A DNA stretch of 64,000 bases from an uncultured Desulfospira sp. GTDB lineage: Bacteria; Desulfobacterota; Desulfobacteria; Desulfobacterales; Desulfobacteraceae. The translations under genes and the position numbers were made by a program. The stretch covers positions 1,824,001-1,888,000 of the forward strand of contig OY760175.1 of the NCBI GenBank assembly GCA_963663165.1. Reading direction: 5' to 3'. How positions within the stretch are numbered: the stretch's first letter is position 1; every line of letters starts with the position of its first letter. Shown here piece by piece: positions 41,552 through 51,822 of the stretch. The notes below the pieces were generated by a model, which saw only the letters and a list, made by a program, of their open reading frames with translations, did no database searches and was not told the origin of the DNA.

Positions 41552-41965
41552 ATGAATAAAACAAAGCTGACAGGCAAACAGTATTCAGCACTTGAAAAAG
41601 TGGCACAACAGTTTGCAGCCTGGAGAGAAACGCGGACAAAAATCGGATGTATTCCGGATTCATTATGGTCTGCGGCTGTAAATCTTTTTTATTCTTATAA
41701 CCTGAGTATAAACAAGATTGCCCGGACTTTAAGGCTCAATTATACAGACCTGAAATTACACATCACAGCAAGCCCGCCGGTTGCCATACAACCCATTGAG
41801 GATGAGCCAGCCACATTTGTTGAACTGGAACCGCCATTTGCCGCCACGGATTGCATCATAGAGATGGAAAAACCATCCGGAGTAAAGCTGCGCATGTGCT
41901 TCCGGGGGCGGGCAGATCCCGCGGCCATTGATCTTGGCAGATATTTTCTTGAGGGACTGCCATGA
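41552..41965 (+). CDS. IS66 TnpA-like accessory protein
   Basis: F..WR...IP..LW..AV.L...L.L.Y..LK, FVEL, IE...G..LR. Confidence 0.75.
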   Translation: MNKTKLTGKQYSALEKVAQQFAAWRETRTKIGCIPDSLWSAAVNLFYSYNLSINKIARTLRLNYTDLKLHITASPPVAIQPIEDEPATFVELEPPFAATDCIIEMEKPSGVKLRMCFRGRADPAAIDLGRYFLEGLP

Positions 41966-42315
41966 TCCAGATCACACCTCATATGAAGATCTTACTGGCT
42001 GTTGATCCGGTAGATTTCAGGAAAGGCATTGACGGCCTGGCCGGGTTATGCCGGAAGATACTCCATTCCGATCCTTTTTCCGGATACCTGTTTGTATTTA
42101 TCAACCGGAGACGAACAGCCATAAAGGTATTATGCTATGACTTTCAAGGTTTCTGGTTATGCCAGAAGCGGTTATCCCAAGGCCGTTTTAAATGGTGGCC
42201 GGTAAACGCAACCGGATGCAAAACCCTTGATGCGCATGAACTTCAAATGCTGCTATGGAACGGTGATCCGTTTAATACCAGGGCAGCCCCGGCATGGAAA
42301 AAGCTGTCTGCATAA
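41962..42315 (+). CDS. tnpB: IS66 accessory protein TnpB
   Basis: PVDFRKGIDGL, LFVF.NRRR..IK.L.YD.QGFWL..KRL..GRF.W. Confidence 0.92.
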   Translation: MIQITPHMKILLAVDPVDFRKGIDGLAGLCRKILHSDPFSGYLFVFINRRRTAIKVLCYDFQGFWLCQKRLSQGRFKWWPVNATGCKTLDAHELQMLLWNGDPFNTRAAPAWKKLSA

Positions 42316-42360
42316 TTTTTTTCGTACGTTCGAACCCAAAATCTATTATAAGACGTTGCC

Positions 42361-43257
42361 ATGACAGATGACATCGTACTTACATATAGAGGCAGGACGG
42401 CAACCCGTGATGATATTGCCTTCATCAACCGGTTAATAAAGGATAACCCCCAAGCCAGCCGTTTGGCATTGTCAAAAATGCTGTGCACGGAATGGAATTG
42501 GGTTCAGCCCAACGGTAATCTTCGTGACATGATTGCCAGAGGATACATGCTGGCACTTCACAGGCAGGGGCATATCACCCTTCCAGCCAGAAAGCAGACT
42601 CCCAATAATCCATTTTTGAACCGAAAAAAACCGGCAAAAATACAGATAGATCAAACCCGGGTGACGGCCGGTCTTAATGAGCTCACACCCCTTGATATTG
42701 AACTGGTTAAAAATACCCCCAATGAGGCATTGTTCAATAGCCTGATCGAGCACCATCATTATCTGGGATATTGCCATCCAGTTGGAGAGCAGCTCAAGTA
42801 CATGGTTTTTTATCAAAAAAGGCCTGTGGCATGTTTTTCATGGTCATCGGCACCACTGCATATTGGTGCCAGGGACCGGTACATCGGATGGGAGAAAAAA
42901 CACAGGGATCACAATCTTTGTTACATTGCATATAACAGCCGCTTTTTGATTTTACCTTGGTTCCGGGTGCCTCACCTGGCCTCCTGTCTTTTGGGTTACA
43001 TGGCCAGAAACCTGTCAAAAGACTGGGAGCGTATCTATTGCCATCCTGTTTATTACCTTGAGACATTCGTCGATACCGAATTATTTTCAGGAACCTGTTA
43101 CAAGGCCTCGAACTGGCAATATCTTGGAGAGACAACCGGGCGAGGCAAGCATGAACGCCGGCATATCAAGACCAGATCAATCAAAGCGGTCTGGGGATAT
43201 CCCTTGGTGAAAAATTTTAGAACCCTCATGACAAAGCTGCCCGATGAAATCATTTAG
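42361..43257 (+). CDS. DUF4338 (DruA-like) protein
   Basis: HHYLG, RD.YIGW, NSRFLILPW, LETFVD, GTCYKASNW..LG.T.GRG. Confidence 0.8.
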   Translation: MTDDIVLTYRGRTATRDDIAFINRLIKDNPQASRLALSKMLCTEWNWVQPNGNLRDMIARGYMLALHRQGHITLPARKQTPNNPFLNRKKPAKIQIDQTRVTAGLNELTPLDIELVKNTPNEALFNSLIEHHHYLGYCHPVGEQLKYMVFYQKRPVACFSWSSAPLHIGARDRYIGWEKKHRDHNLCYIAYNSRFLILPWFRVPHLASCLLGYMARNLSKDWERIYCHPVYYLETFVDTELFSGTCYKASNWQYLGETTGRGKHERRHIKTRSIKAVWGYPLVKNFRTLMTKLPDEII

Positions 43258-44791
43258 CCTGAAGGAGGAAGAGCTTGACGCGCTCATAAATCGAGTGGAG
43301 TCAGGCTGTCTTAAAGCGGGGGATGCCGACATTATCAAAGCCATGGTAGATGCTGTAAAATCTTTGAGTCAGGCAGTCAATGATAAGGCAACATCCATTA
43401 AAAAACTTTTAAAAATGATTTTCGGTTCCAAGACTGAGAAAAAGAAAAGCCCTTCTAAAAACAAAAAATCAGGTTCCACCACCCAAAAGGAAAAGAAGAA
43501 AGGCCATGGCAACCGTTGCGCCGATGAATTTACAGGTGCTGACAAGGTTGCTATTGCCCATGAAACCCTGTCTCATAAAGACCCGTGCCCTTTATGCCCA
43601 AATGGGATTCTTTACCTTCAGAAAAAACCGGGTCTTGTGATCCACTTTACAGGGCATGCACCGATCAATGCCACAATCTATGAAACTGAAAAACTTCGGT
43701 GTAATCTGTTCGGCGAAGTTTTTACTGCCCAGGCACCGGAAAACAAAACCGGCAGGCACTATGACCCAAGTGCCATGGCAATGATGGCCATTTTAAGATA
43801 TGGATGCGGATTACCCTGGAACCGTTTGGCAAATCTCCAGGAAAGTATGGGAGTCCCGCTTCCGGCTTCGACTCAGTGGGAGAAGACAGAAGCGGCAGCC
43901 GACCTCATTTATCCGGTTTTTAATGAACTCGTTTTCCAGGCAGCCCAGGGAGACACCCTTCATAACGATGACACCACCATGAAAATCCTTTCGTTGATGA
44001 AGGAGAATCAAGACAAAACAACAAATGAACGAACCGGGATGTTTACAACGGGCATTATCTCCCAAATCGGTGATGACCGGAAAATAGCCCTGTTTTACAC
44101 AGGCCGGAACCATGCCGGTGAAAACATCGCCCGGCTCTACGGAATGCGGGACAAAGACTGTCCCACGCCGGTTCAGATGTGTGATGCTTTGTCGCGCAAC
44201 TTTTCTGATGAATTTAAAAGGATTCTTTGTAACTGTCTCACCCATGCCCGCCGAAATTTTGTGGATGTAGAAGAGCATTTCCCAGATGAATGCGGGCATG
44301 TCATAGATGTCCTGGCTGATGTTTATCATAATGATGCCCATACAAAAAAACAGGCGATGACACCGGAACAACGGTTGGCTTATCATAAGGAACACAGCAG
44401 ACCTTTGATGGCAGCTCTTCGATCCTGGCTGGACAAACAACTTAATGAACATCTGGCGGAACCGAATTCTGGCCTGGGCAAAGCCATCGCCTATATGATT
44501 AAACATTGGCCTGAGTTAACCCGTTTTTTGAAAACGCCTGGTGCCCCCCTGGATAACAACATTTGCGAACGTAGCCTGAAACAGAGTATCCTGCATCGAA
44601 AAAACGCACTATTTTATAAAACGGAACATGGTGCCTTTGTTGGTGATATGTTCATGAGCCTGATTCAGACCTGCAATCTGATGAAGGTCAATCCATTTGA
44701 TTATCTGATCACATTGCTGAATAACGCAACTGAGCTGAGAACCGATCCTTCCCGGTGGATGCCTTGGAATTATAAAACCGTATCAGCGTAA
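43244..44791 (+). CDS. IS66 transposase TnpC
   Basis: HNDDT, MCDAL, NCL.HARR.F, PLDNN.CER.LK....RKN. Confidence 0.9.
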   Translation: MKSFSLKEEELDALINRVESGCLKAGDADIIKAMVDAVKSLSQAVNDKATSIKKLLKMIFGSKTEKKKSPSKNKKSGSTTQKEKKKGHGNRCADEFTGADKVAIAHETLSHKDPCPLCPNGILYLQKKPGLVIHFTGHAPINATIYETEKLRCNLFGEVFTAQAPENKTGRHYDPSAMAMMAILRYGCGLPWNRLANLQESMGVPLPASTQWEKTEAAADLIYPVFNELVFQAAQGDTLHNDDTTMKILSLMKENQDKTTNERTGMFTTGIISQIGDDRKIALFYTGRNHAGENIARLYGMRDKDCPTPVQMCDALSRNFSDEFKRILCNCLTHARRNFVDVEEHFPDECGHVIDVLADVYHNDAHTKKQAMTPEQRLAYHKEHSRPLMAALRSWLDKQLNEHLAEPNSGLGKAIAYMIKHWPELTRFLKTPGAPLDNNICERSLKQSILHRKNALFYKTEHGAFVGDMFMSLIQTCNLMKVNPFDYLITLLNNATELRTDPSRWMPWNYKTVSA

Positions 44792-44886
44792 TGCAATCCC
44801 AGCATGCCCGTCCCCCTTTTTTTTTGTGACGAATTCAACTGGTTTATCCCCGAAAAAAAGCTTGTGCATGTTTACCGAAGGGACAC

Positions 44887-44951
44887 AAAATAACTAATAA
44901 AATAGTTGGGGTTAATTGAATTGGCGTTTTTAATATTGTCCAAATGTTCAT
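44887..44951 (-). pseudogene. 5' stub of a cassette gene truncated by IS66
   Basis: ATG a few nt after R' GTTCGGA; frame MNIWTILKTPIQ... runs into the IS66 IR. Confidence 0.55.
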
Positions 44952-44959
44952 AATATTTT

Positions 44960-45090
44960 TCCGAACGGGGAGCTGATGGGGCAGGCTTTTGAACCCCAAA
45001 ACTCTCGATAAAAAGTTGAATTTTCCTGAACCAGGGACTCCCGAAAAGGCCGCGCAGTAAGCCTGGTCCCTCTCCACCGTTTTGTTCGGC
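44960..45090 (-). other. attC site C (intron-free)
   Basis: R'' GCCGAAC ... AGCTCCCC-GTTCGGA; close homologue of attC A and E. Confidence 0.88.
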
Positions 45091-45251
45091 ATTTATGGAT
45101 TGTCAGGTACGGTACTTCCAATAACCAGGCTTACGGTGCTCATGGGCAACAGCCGCTATGATGATCTTTTCACCCCGTATGAAAAATGGAATATAATACG
45201 GAAATACCGGGCAATTCACTCTTCTATAACCACCAGAACGTTCTCTCCAAA

Positions 45252-47152
45252 CTTACTTTCCGCACCCATAAATAAAAAATAAGTGTGAATTTATTATTCT
45301 ATAAATTCAGGTAGATAGAGTTTACTGAATTCTATTCAGTAAATAAATTTTGTTCAGACTAGATTTTTTTCCTTCTAGGTGATATCGATTTCCCAGTAAA
45401 GCAAATCAACAGACACCTTGGAGGTTAAATGGAAATCAAAGACTTCGGCAGTCTGACAATAACCGATGTGCAGTTCCTACCCATAGTCAAAGAATATGCC
45501 CGCCGGATAAATCTGGTAGAAACAATCAACCAGATGGTGAATACCCAGATGGATCTTCAGCCGGGCCCTGTTGTTCTCGGCATGGTTTTGGATACCCTGT
45601 CCGGGAGATCACCCCTTTACCGGTTAAAAGATTTTCTCGACGAAAAAGACATCGAACTGCTGCTTGGCAAGGCAGTATCCCTGGAACAGTTTACAGACCA
45701 TAATATTGGCCGTGCATTGGATAAAATTTTTGAAACAGGAACCCAAAAGATATTCGGCCAATTGAGCCAGAACGCTGTCAATGGTTTCCAAATCAAGCCG
45801 ACCGGAGCCCACTATGACACAACATCTGTCAGTGTTTACGGTGATTACGCCATGACAGATGAGCCGTTTGAAATCACTTACGGCCACAGCAAAGATAAGC
45901 GTCCGGATCTAAAGCAGTTCCTTGTTGAAATGCTGTGTGTTGACAGAAACATTCCCTTATTTGGAGGGACTCGGGATGGCAATGCATCCGACAAGACCTT
46001 GAACAATGAAGTGCTGACTACGATCTCCAAACACATGGCCAACCATGGACTTAAAGAAAATGCGTTCGTGTATGTTGCAGATTCTGCCTTTGTAACGGAA
46101 GATAACCTTGGGAAAGCTGGAAAAACAAAATTTGTCAGTCGGCTGCCGGCCACTTATAATGAATGCAGCCGCGCTATCAAAGAAGCGGTTCAGGCCGATA
46201 ATTGGGTTGATATCGGTGTCCTTGCTGAAACAGAGGATACACAGAAACGACCGGCAGCACACTACAAAGCCTTTGAGACCACCGTGACCTTGTATGGGAC
46301 CACTTATCGGGCGGTGGTCGTACATTCCAGCGCTCACGATAAGCGCCGACACAAAAAAATCGATCGTCAATTAGGCAAGAACAAAAAAGAGCTTGAACAG
46401 CAGGTCCAGAAACTACTCACAGAACCGTATTACTGCAACGATGATGCCCAGGCTGCGGTTGAAAAAATATCCCGGTTGCCGAAAAAATCGGATCTTTTCA
46501 CCGTATCGGCAACCATTGATAAGGCGCCCAAATATTCGAGGGGCCGCCCGAAAAAGGGAGAGACGCGCGTTCCGGATAGATTTGAATATCGCATAACCCT
46601 TTTCGTTGATGAGGATGAAGAAAAGGTCCAATTTCTTCGGGAAGAAGCTGGATGTTTTGTACTTCTTTCCAACTTAACTTCTCATCAGGAAGAATCTGAA
46701 TGGTCTGCTAAAGATCTTCTAAAATTGTATAAGAACCAGAGCGGCATTGAACAAAACTTCGGCTTCCTAAAAGATCCCGTTATCATCAACAGCGTTTTTC
46801 TGAAAAAAAACTCAAGGATTGAAGTCCTCGGGATGATTTTGCTGATTTCATTGCTGATATGGCGCCTTATTGAAAGGGCTATGCGTTTGTATATCAAAGA
46901 TAATCAGACAACAATGACAGGTTGGGTAAGAAGAAGGACCAAACGGCCCACTTCATTCATGATGTCAACCAAGTTCCATACGGTTCTTGTGGTTAAAAGC
47001 GGAAACCAAAGACAGCTTGCCAAACCCTTGAAATCTGTTCATCTGGAATATCTCAAAGCACTTGATGTCAAGCCGGAGGTTTTCATTACACCTTGACCTC
47101 TATAACCCTTAAAATTACTCACATCTTATCGGAGTGGGGTGCGGAAAGTAAG
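45252..47152 (+). mobile_element. IS1634-family element
   Basis: IR CTTACTTTCCGCACCC; 6-bp TSD TCCAAA. Confidence 0.9.
45429..47096 (+). CDS. IS1634-family transposase
   Basis: HYDTTS, YGHSKDKRPDLKQ, GNASD, VADSA, YK.Q..IE..F.FLK. Confidence 0.9.
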   Translation: MEIKDFGSLTITDVQFLPIVKEYARRINLVETINQMVNTQMDLQPGPVVLGMVLDTLSGRSPLYRLKDFLDEKDIELLLGKAVSLEQFTDHNIGRALDKIFETGTQKIFGQLSQNAVNGFQIKPTGAHYDTTSVSVYGDYAMTDEPFEITYGHSKDKRPDLKQFLVEMLCVDRNIPLFGGTRDGNASDKTLNNEVLTTISKHMANHGLKENAFVYVADSAFVTEDNLGKAGKTKFVSRLPATYNECSRAIKEAVQADNWVDIGVLAETEDTQKRPAAHYKAFETTVTLYGTTYRAVVVHSSAHDKRRHKKIDRQLGKNKKELEQQVQKLLTEPYYCNDDAQAAVEKISRLPKKSDLFTVSATIDKAPKYSRGRPKKGETRVPDRFEYRITLFVDEDEEKVQFLREEAGCFVLLSNLTSHQEESEWSAKDLLKLYKNQSGIEQNFGFLKDPVIINSVFLKKNSRIEVLGMILLISLLIWRLIERAMRLYIKDNQTTMTGWVRRRTKRPTSFMMSTKFHTVLVVKSGNQRQLAKPLKSVHLEYLKALDVKPEVFITP

Positions 47153-47296
47153 TCCAAAGCATTGGGTCTTCGAGGATTTTATCAAGAACATGGCCAACCT
47201 CTTTGCGGAAACGTTTTCCTAACCCAGGTTCTTTAGATTCATACCAAGTGGCTGCTTCAAATAGCTCTAATTCAGCCTCATCCAGAAATTCAATTA

Positions 47297-47527
47297 TCAT
47301 TGATTAAGTCGACGGTCTAAATCGGCAAAAACGCTGCAGGCAGGTCGAGAGCTAATTTCGCCCCTGTCATAACGAGCAATACGCTCCTTAATGGTCGTAT
47401 CCCAGGCGGAACTTACATCTTCTGATGCATTAGGCTCGTTTAACATCAAAATTCGGTTGGCAAGGGTAAGCCTTTGATCTTCAGGTAAGAGAATAGCGTC
47501 TTGTAATATTTGATTTATCGAGTTCAT
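47297..47527 (-). CDS. Addiction-module antitoxin component
   Basis: A..LP...R..LA......AW...I..R......G pattern; overlaps the relE start (ATGA). Confidence 0.8.
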   Translation of the reverse strand: MNSINQILQDAILLPEDQRLTLANRILMLNEPNASEDVSSAWDTTIKERIARYDRGEISSRPACSVFADLDRRLNQ

Positions 47528-47960
47528 ATCTGTAATATATCAACCTTCACTTTATTTGTCATGGTCTATTTCTTTAGAGATCGGGTAGCCGGGGGTAGTT
47601 GTCTACCCCAGGCCCCCTCAGAACCGTACGTGACAGTTTCCCGTCATACGGCTCAAGCATTTCTAAGGCTAAGCCTGGCGGGGCCGCCCGGTTGTTTAAG
47701 CAATAATGAAATTTACAGTTATTCCATAGCATGCTTCTTTGAGCATCCGCCAGGGAAGTACAGTTCTTTTTTCCCTGTTCAAAAAACCAGTGCTGACGCA
47801 TGAAAATTTATAGTCAATGATATCAATGACGCAGCTCGATATCCAAAATTATTTTGTCGCAAAATTTAAATAGACAAAATTTCGGCCTTTTGATAATGTA
47901 GCATAGGGTACGAATGAGCGCCCCCCCAATCGAGACACTACATTTGAAGAGGAGGATGTC

Positions 47961-48836
47961 GTGATTGTCCAATGTGGCCGGAAAATTAAAGACGAAGAGC
48001 TTATACAGATTTGCGAGACAGTAGAGACCTTTTCGAATTTGAGTCAGACTGAACTGGCTCATACAATATGCGAACATTTGGGCTGGTATACCGCTTCTGG
48101 TAGGAACAAGGTGGATGCCTGCCGGAAATTGCTTCTGCGACTGGAGTCCCAAGGTCTCATACGGTTGCCTGAAAAAGAGAAACTCGGTCCCATAAAGGGC
48201 TCTCAACAGAAACTGCCGGTAGCGGACGACAGGACCCAGCCCCAAGATAAGGTAGCGGGCACGCTTTCGGATATCGGGCCGATCGTTGTCAGGGTCGCAC
48301 AAGACACGGAAGAACGCTCACTGGTTAATGAATACCTGCACCGTTACCATTATCTTGGCTACAAGCGGCCGTTCGGATGTCATCTGCGTTATTTGATACA
48401 AGCTCAAGAGCGCATATTGGGATGTATGCTGTTCTCAGGGGCGGCCAAGGCGCTGACCCCGAGGGATCGATGGATCGGCTGGAGCACCAACGAACGCTTA
48501 AGAAACTTGGGATTTGTTGTAAACAATGGACGCTTCCTGATTTTTCCGTGGGTCAAGGTCCGGTATCTGGCAAGTCACGTATTGGGTAAAATTGTCAGAG
48601 ATCTGGTGCAAGACTGGGAGCGGAGCTGGGGGTATCGGCCGGCTTTGCTGGAGACCTTTGTCGACCCACAACACTTCGATGGGACGTGCTATCGGGCGGC
48701 CAATTTTAGACACCTTGGCATGACCAGCGGAAAGGGGCTTGTCCGGCAGGGTAGAAGTTACAGGACCAGTCCCAAAAAAATCTTCGTTTATCCGCTGGTG
48801 AATAATTTCCGTCAGGTTTTGAGGCAGATCGGATGA
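47961..48836 (+). CDS. DUF4338 (DruA-like) protein
   Basis: YHYLG, RDRWIGW, NNGRFLI.PW, LETFVD, GTCYRAANF. Confidence 0.8.
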   Translation: MIVQCGRKIKDEELIQICETVETFSNLSQTELAHTICEHLGWYTASGRNKVDACRKLLLRLESQGLIRLPEKEKLGPIKGSQQKLPVADDRTQPQDKVAGTLSDIGPIVVRVAQDTEERSLVNEYLHRYHYLGYKRPFGCHLRYLIQAQERILGCMLFSGAAKALTPRDRWIGWSTNERLRNLGFVVNNGRFLIFPWVKVRYLASHVLGKIVRDLVQDWERSWGYRPALLETFVDPQHFDGTCYRAANFRHLGMTSGKGLVRQGRSYRTSPKKIFVYPLVNNFRQVLRQIG

Positions 48837-50461
48837 GCAAGCCTATCCGACGCCCCAATCGTGAGGAGATAAAGGCCAAAAGAAAGCAGTTTAAAAAGGA
48901 GCAGAGAAAATTACGTCGGGATGAAGAGGCCAGGGGATTTCAGCCGCCCTCTCATGGCACAATTTCTAACTGCAAATGCCGATATGAAAGTGTAGAACAG
49001 GAGGGGCGCATCCGCAATGAGGCCGTGGCTGAGAAAATGAGTATTTTTCGCGCTAAGCTGCCCATTCTGCTCAAACGTATGGCCAAGATTGAAGACCCTC
49101 GAAACCCTAAGAAGATAAAACACCAAATATCCACACTCATGATCTATGGGATACTGACCTTTGTGTTTCAGATGGCTTCTTGCCGTGAGGCCAACAAAGA
49201 AATGAGCCGGCCGATGTTCTGGAAGAATCTTCAATATTTTTTCCCGGAGCTTGAAACGCTTCCCCATCATGATACGTTAAAACGCCTATTGTCTAAGATT
49301 GATATCAATCAAATCAAGAAGCTTCATCTCGATCTGGTCAGAGATCTGATCCGGAAAAAGAAATTTCGACGGTACCTGGTCAATGGCTGTTATCCGATTG
49401 CCATAGATGGTACAGGTAAATTCAAACGCGACTGGCTTTGGGATGAAGAGTGCCTGGAACGTAACATCAAGAAAGAGGATGGCACCAGGAAACAGTATCA
49501 TGTCTATGTTCTGGAAGCTAATCTTGCGTTTTCCGATGGCATGAGCATTCCGCTGATAAGCGAAATCCTGAGCTACACCGAAGGAGATACCGCTAATGAT
49601 AAGCAGGACTGCGAACTCAAGGCGTTTTACCGGTTAGCCTCTTGCCTGAAGGCGGCATTTCCCGCCCTAAAAATTATGGTGCTTTTGGATGGGCTTTATG
49701 CCAAGGGCCCCGTGGCAGAAATTTGCCGAACAAACAAATGGCAGTTCATGATTGTACTGAAAGATGACGCTCTACCCAGCGTAATGAATGAATTTGAAAC
49801 GCTTGCCGCACTCGATACAGAAAACTGCCACCAACACACATGGGGCAATAGGAAACAGGTTTTTCGGTGGATCAACGCCATTGACTACCGGTTTGGTCCG
49901 AACGGCAAGAAAAGTCAAATCCTGCACGTTGTTGAATGCAAAGAGAGCTGGAAAGAGGTTAGCCGGGAAAGCGGTCAACCGGAAAAGAAAAATAGTCGTC
50001 ATGTGTGGTTGTCCAGCGAACCTTTGGACAGATTTAATCTTCACGAACGATGCAACATAGCCGCCCGTTCCCGTTGGTGTATTGAAACCGGTATTCTCGT
50101 TGAGAAACATCATGGATATGAGTACGAGCACTGTTTTTCGTATGATTGGATGCTAAGATTCAAAAAATGTAACGCGGATACGCCAAATCAGCTACAAAAT
50201 AATATAACGGGAAGATATCCCGCCGCTTTACCCCGCCAATAAAATATATAAACCTTACCTCGCTTACCCCGCAGTTATCCCGCCGCGAATTTTTTCGAAA
50301 AAAGCTTTGCCAATCTATTTGGAAGAAGTCAATACTTCCTTGATAAAAAAGGCTCGAAGCTGCAACTTCGAGCCTTCAATGTAGACATCCGAGTAGGTTA
50401 CGGAAGCCACACCACCGTTTTTATCTAACCACGGCTTCCGTAATTTAGCAAGAGCGGAAGC

Positions 50462-50851
50462 ATGGAAATCGTTTTATTAAAACGTATCGAGTGTAAGCGA
50501 TGTTTCCAAATTTTCTATGTGTGCCGCAGTTGCTGGCGGGGGCAGGCATATTGCTGTCAAGAATGCCGCCAGGAGGCCCGCAAAGAAGCGCACTGCAAAG
50601 CTCAAAAAAAATATCGACAAACGCCAAAAGGTAAAGAGGCCCACCGTCGTCAAGAAAAAAACAAAAGATTACGTCAAGCTGAAAAAACCATGGATGATAC
50701 ATCTACTATACCCGGTGTAACCCATGATAGTGTCTCTCCCAAGCCATTATGTTCCGGCCCCTGTTGCCATTTTTGTGGGAAAATTGGTTGGGTTGTAGAG
50801 CATTTTCCCTGGCGCGGATATGCAAAACGACCTGTAAGGGCCAATCAATGA
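50462..50851 (+). CDS. Cys-rich (Zn-binding) hypothetical protein
   Basis: CxxC..CxxC.RGQ.YC...C and a C-terminal CxxC. Confidence 0.65.
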   Translation: MEIVLLKRIECKRCFQIFYVCRSCWRGQAYCCQECRQEARKEAHCKAQKKYRQTPKGKEAHRRQEKNKRLRQAEKTMDDTSTIPGVTHDSVSPKPLCSGPCCHFCGKIGWVVEHFPWRGYAKRPVRANQ

Positions 50852-50860
50852 AACATCTTA

Positions 50861-51265
50861 ATGGAGGATAAGACAATGAAAAAAGAAATATTGACAGGCC
50901 ATTGCAACAAAATGAAAAACAGATTTTCATCCCGGGAGCTATTTAAACTGAGAAACGATATCCCTGTGGATATGCTGATCCGTGACCATTTACAGATTCC
51001 ATCCAAAATCAGGGATGGTGTTTTCCGGTTTTTATGTCCTTTGTGCAATGAGTTTCAAACCGCTGTAAATCCAGCCACCAATCTGGCCAGGTGTTTTCGG
51101 TGTGAGAAGAATTTCAACACCATTGATCTGGTCATGGAAGTCAAGGGATATGGATTCAGGGACAGTGTATTTTTTTTGAAAGAACTGGATGCGGTCTCCT
51201 ATGTCCCGGCAAATGTGTTGACGTCTCTTGCCACCGGTATCGGTCAACCCTGGCCTGGGAAGTAA
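50861..51265 (+). CDS. CHC2-type (primase-like) zinc-finger protein
   Basis: RFLCPLC...N...NLARCFRC..NFN.IDLVM...F...V..L. Confidence 0.7.
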   Translation: MEDKTMKKEILTGHCNKMKNRFSSRELFKLRNDIPVDMLIRDHLQIPSKIRDGVFRFLCPLCNEFQTAVNPATNLARCFRCEKNFNTIDLVMEVKGYGFRDSVFFLKELDAVSYVPANVLTSLATGIGQPWPGK

Positions 51266-51267
51266 AG

Positions 51268-51822
51268 ATGAAACGGCTGCTTCAACTGGAGACCCTTATT
51301 GCCCGTAATCAGGAGAGTTTCTATAAGATCGGTCAGGCGTTAAAAGAAATCCGTGACAGCCGCCTGTACAAACTGGCCCTGTTTGAGACATTTGAAGCAT
51401 ATACCAGGGAACGGTGGGATATGGGCAAGTCCCATGCATACCGCCTGATCAAATCTTATGAAGTGATCTATAATTTGTCCCCAATTGGGGACAAAACACC
51501 TGCCAATGAATCCCAGGTCCGGCCTCTTGCTCAATTGGACCCCCTGGACCAGCGCAACACCTGGAAGGCAATCATAGACAACGGTATTGAGTTAACCGCA
51601 CGGAACATCAAAAAATTTGTAGAGGCCCAAAAAATACCCCCGGAGAACAAACCGGATTTGGCGGAACGGATTTCGGCTGAATACATGGCAGCCGTACATG
51701 CAATGATTGAACAGGTGCGGGTGGCCCAGCATGATCATTGGCAGCAAACGTCCCGGCAGGCTGCATTGTTGTGGCACAGGGTGATCCGCGAAAAAATTTT
51801 ATCAAAAGGGGCAAGACAATGA
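51268..51822 (+). CDS. Hypothetical DNA-binding protein (DUF3102-like)
   Basis: IG.AL.EIRD.RLY.....TFE.Y...RW......AYRLI, NE.Q.RPL. Confidence 0.6.
   Translation: MKRLLQLETLIARNQESFYKIGQALKEIRDSRLYKLALFETFEAYTRERWDMGKSHAYRLIKSYEVIYNLSPIGDKTPANESQVRPLAQLDPLDQRNTWKAIIDNGIELTARNIKKFVEAQKIPPENKPDLAERISAEYMAAVHAMIEQVRVAQHDHWQQTSRQAALLWHRVIREKILSKGARQ

Larger units (their letters stand above)
41473..44886 (+). mobile_element. IS66-family element with an extra DUF4338-like gene
   Basis: IR GTGTCCCTTCGGTAA at both ends; tnpA-tnpB-orf-tnpC; no flanking TSD. Confidence 0.88.
45103..47300 (-). pseudogene. RelE/ParE toxin interrupted by IS1634
   Basis: Joining 47300-47153 to 45245-45103 restores MIIEF...DPMLW-RERSGGYRR...FPY...AVAH..RKPGYW. 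Confidence 0.88.
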
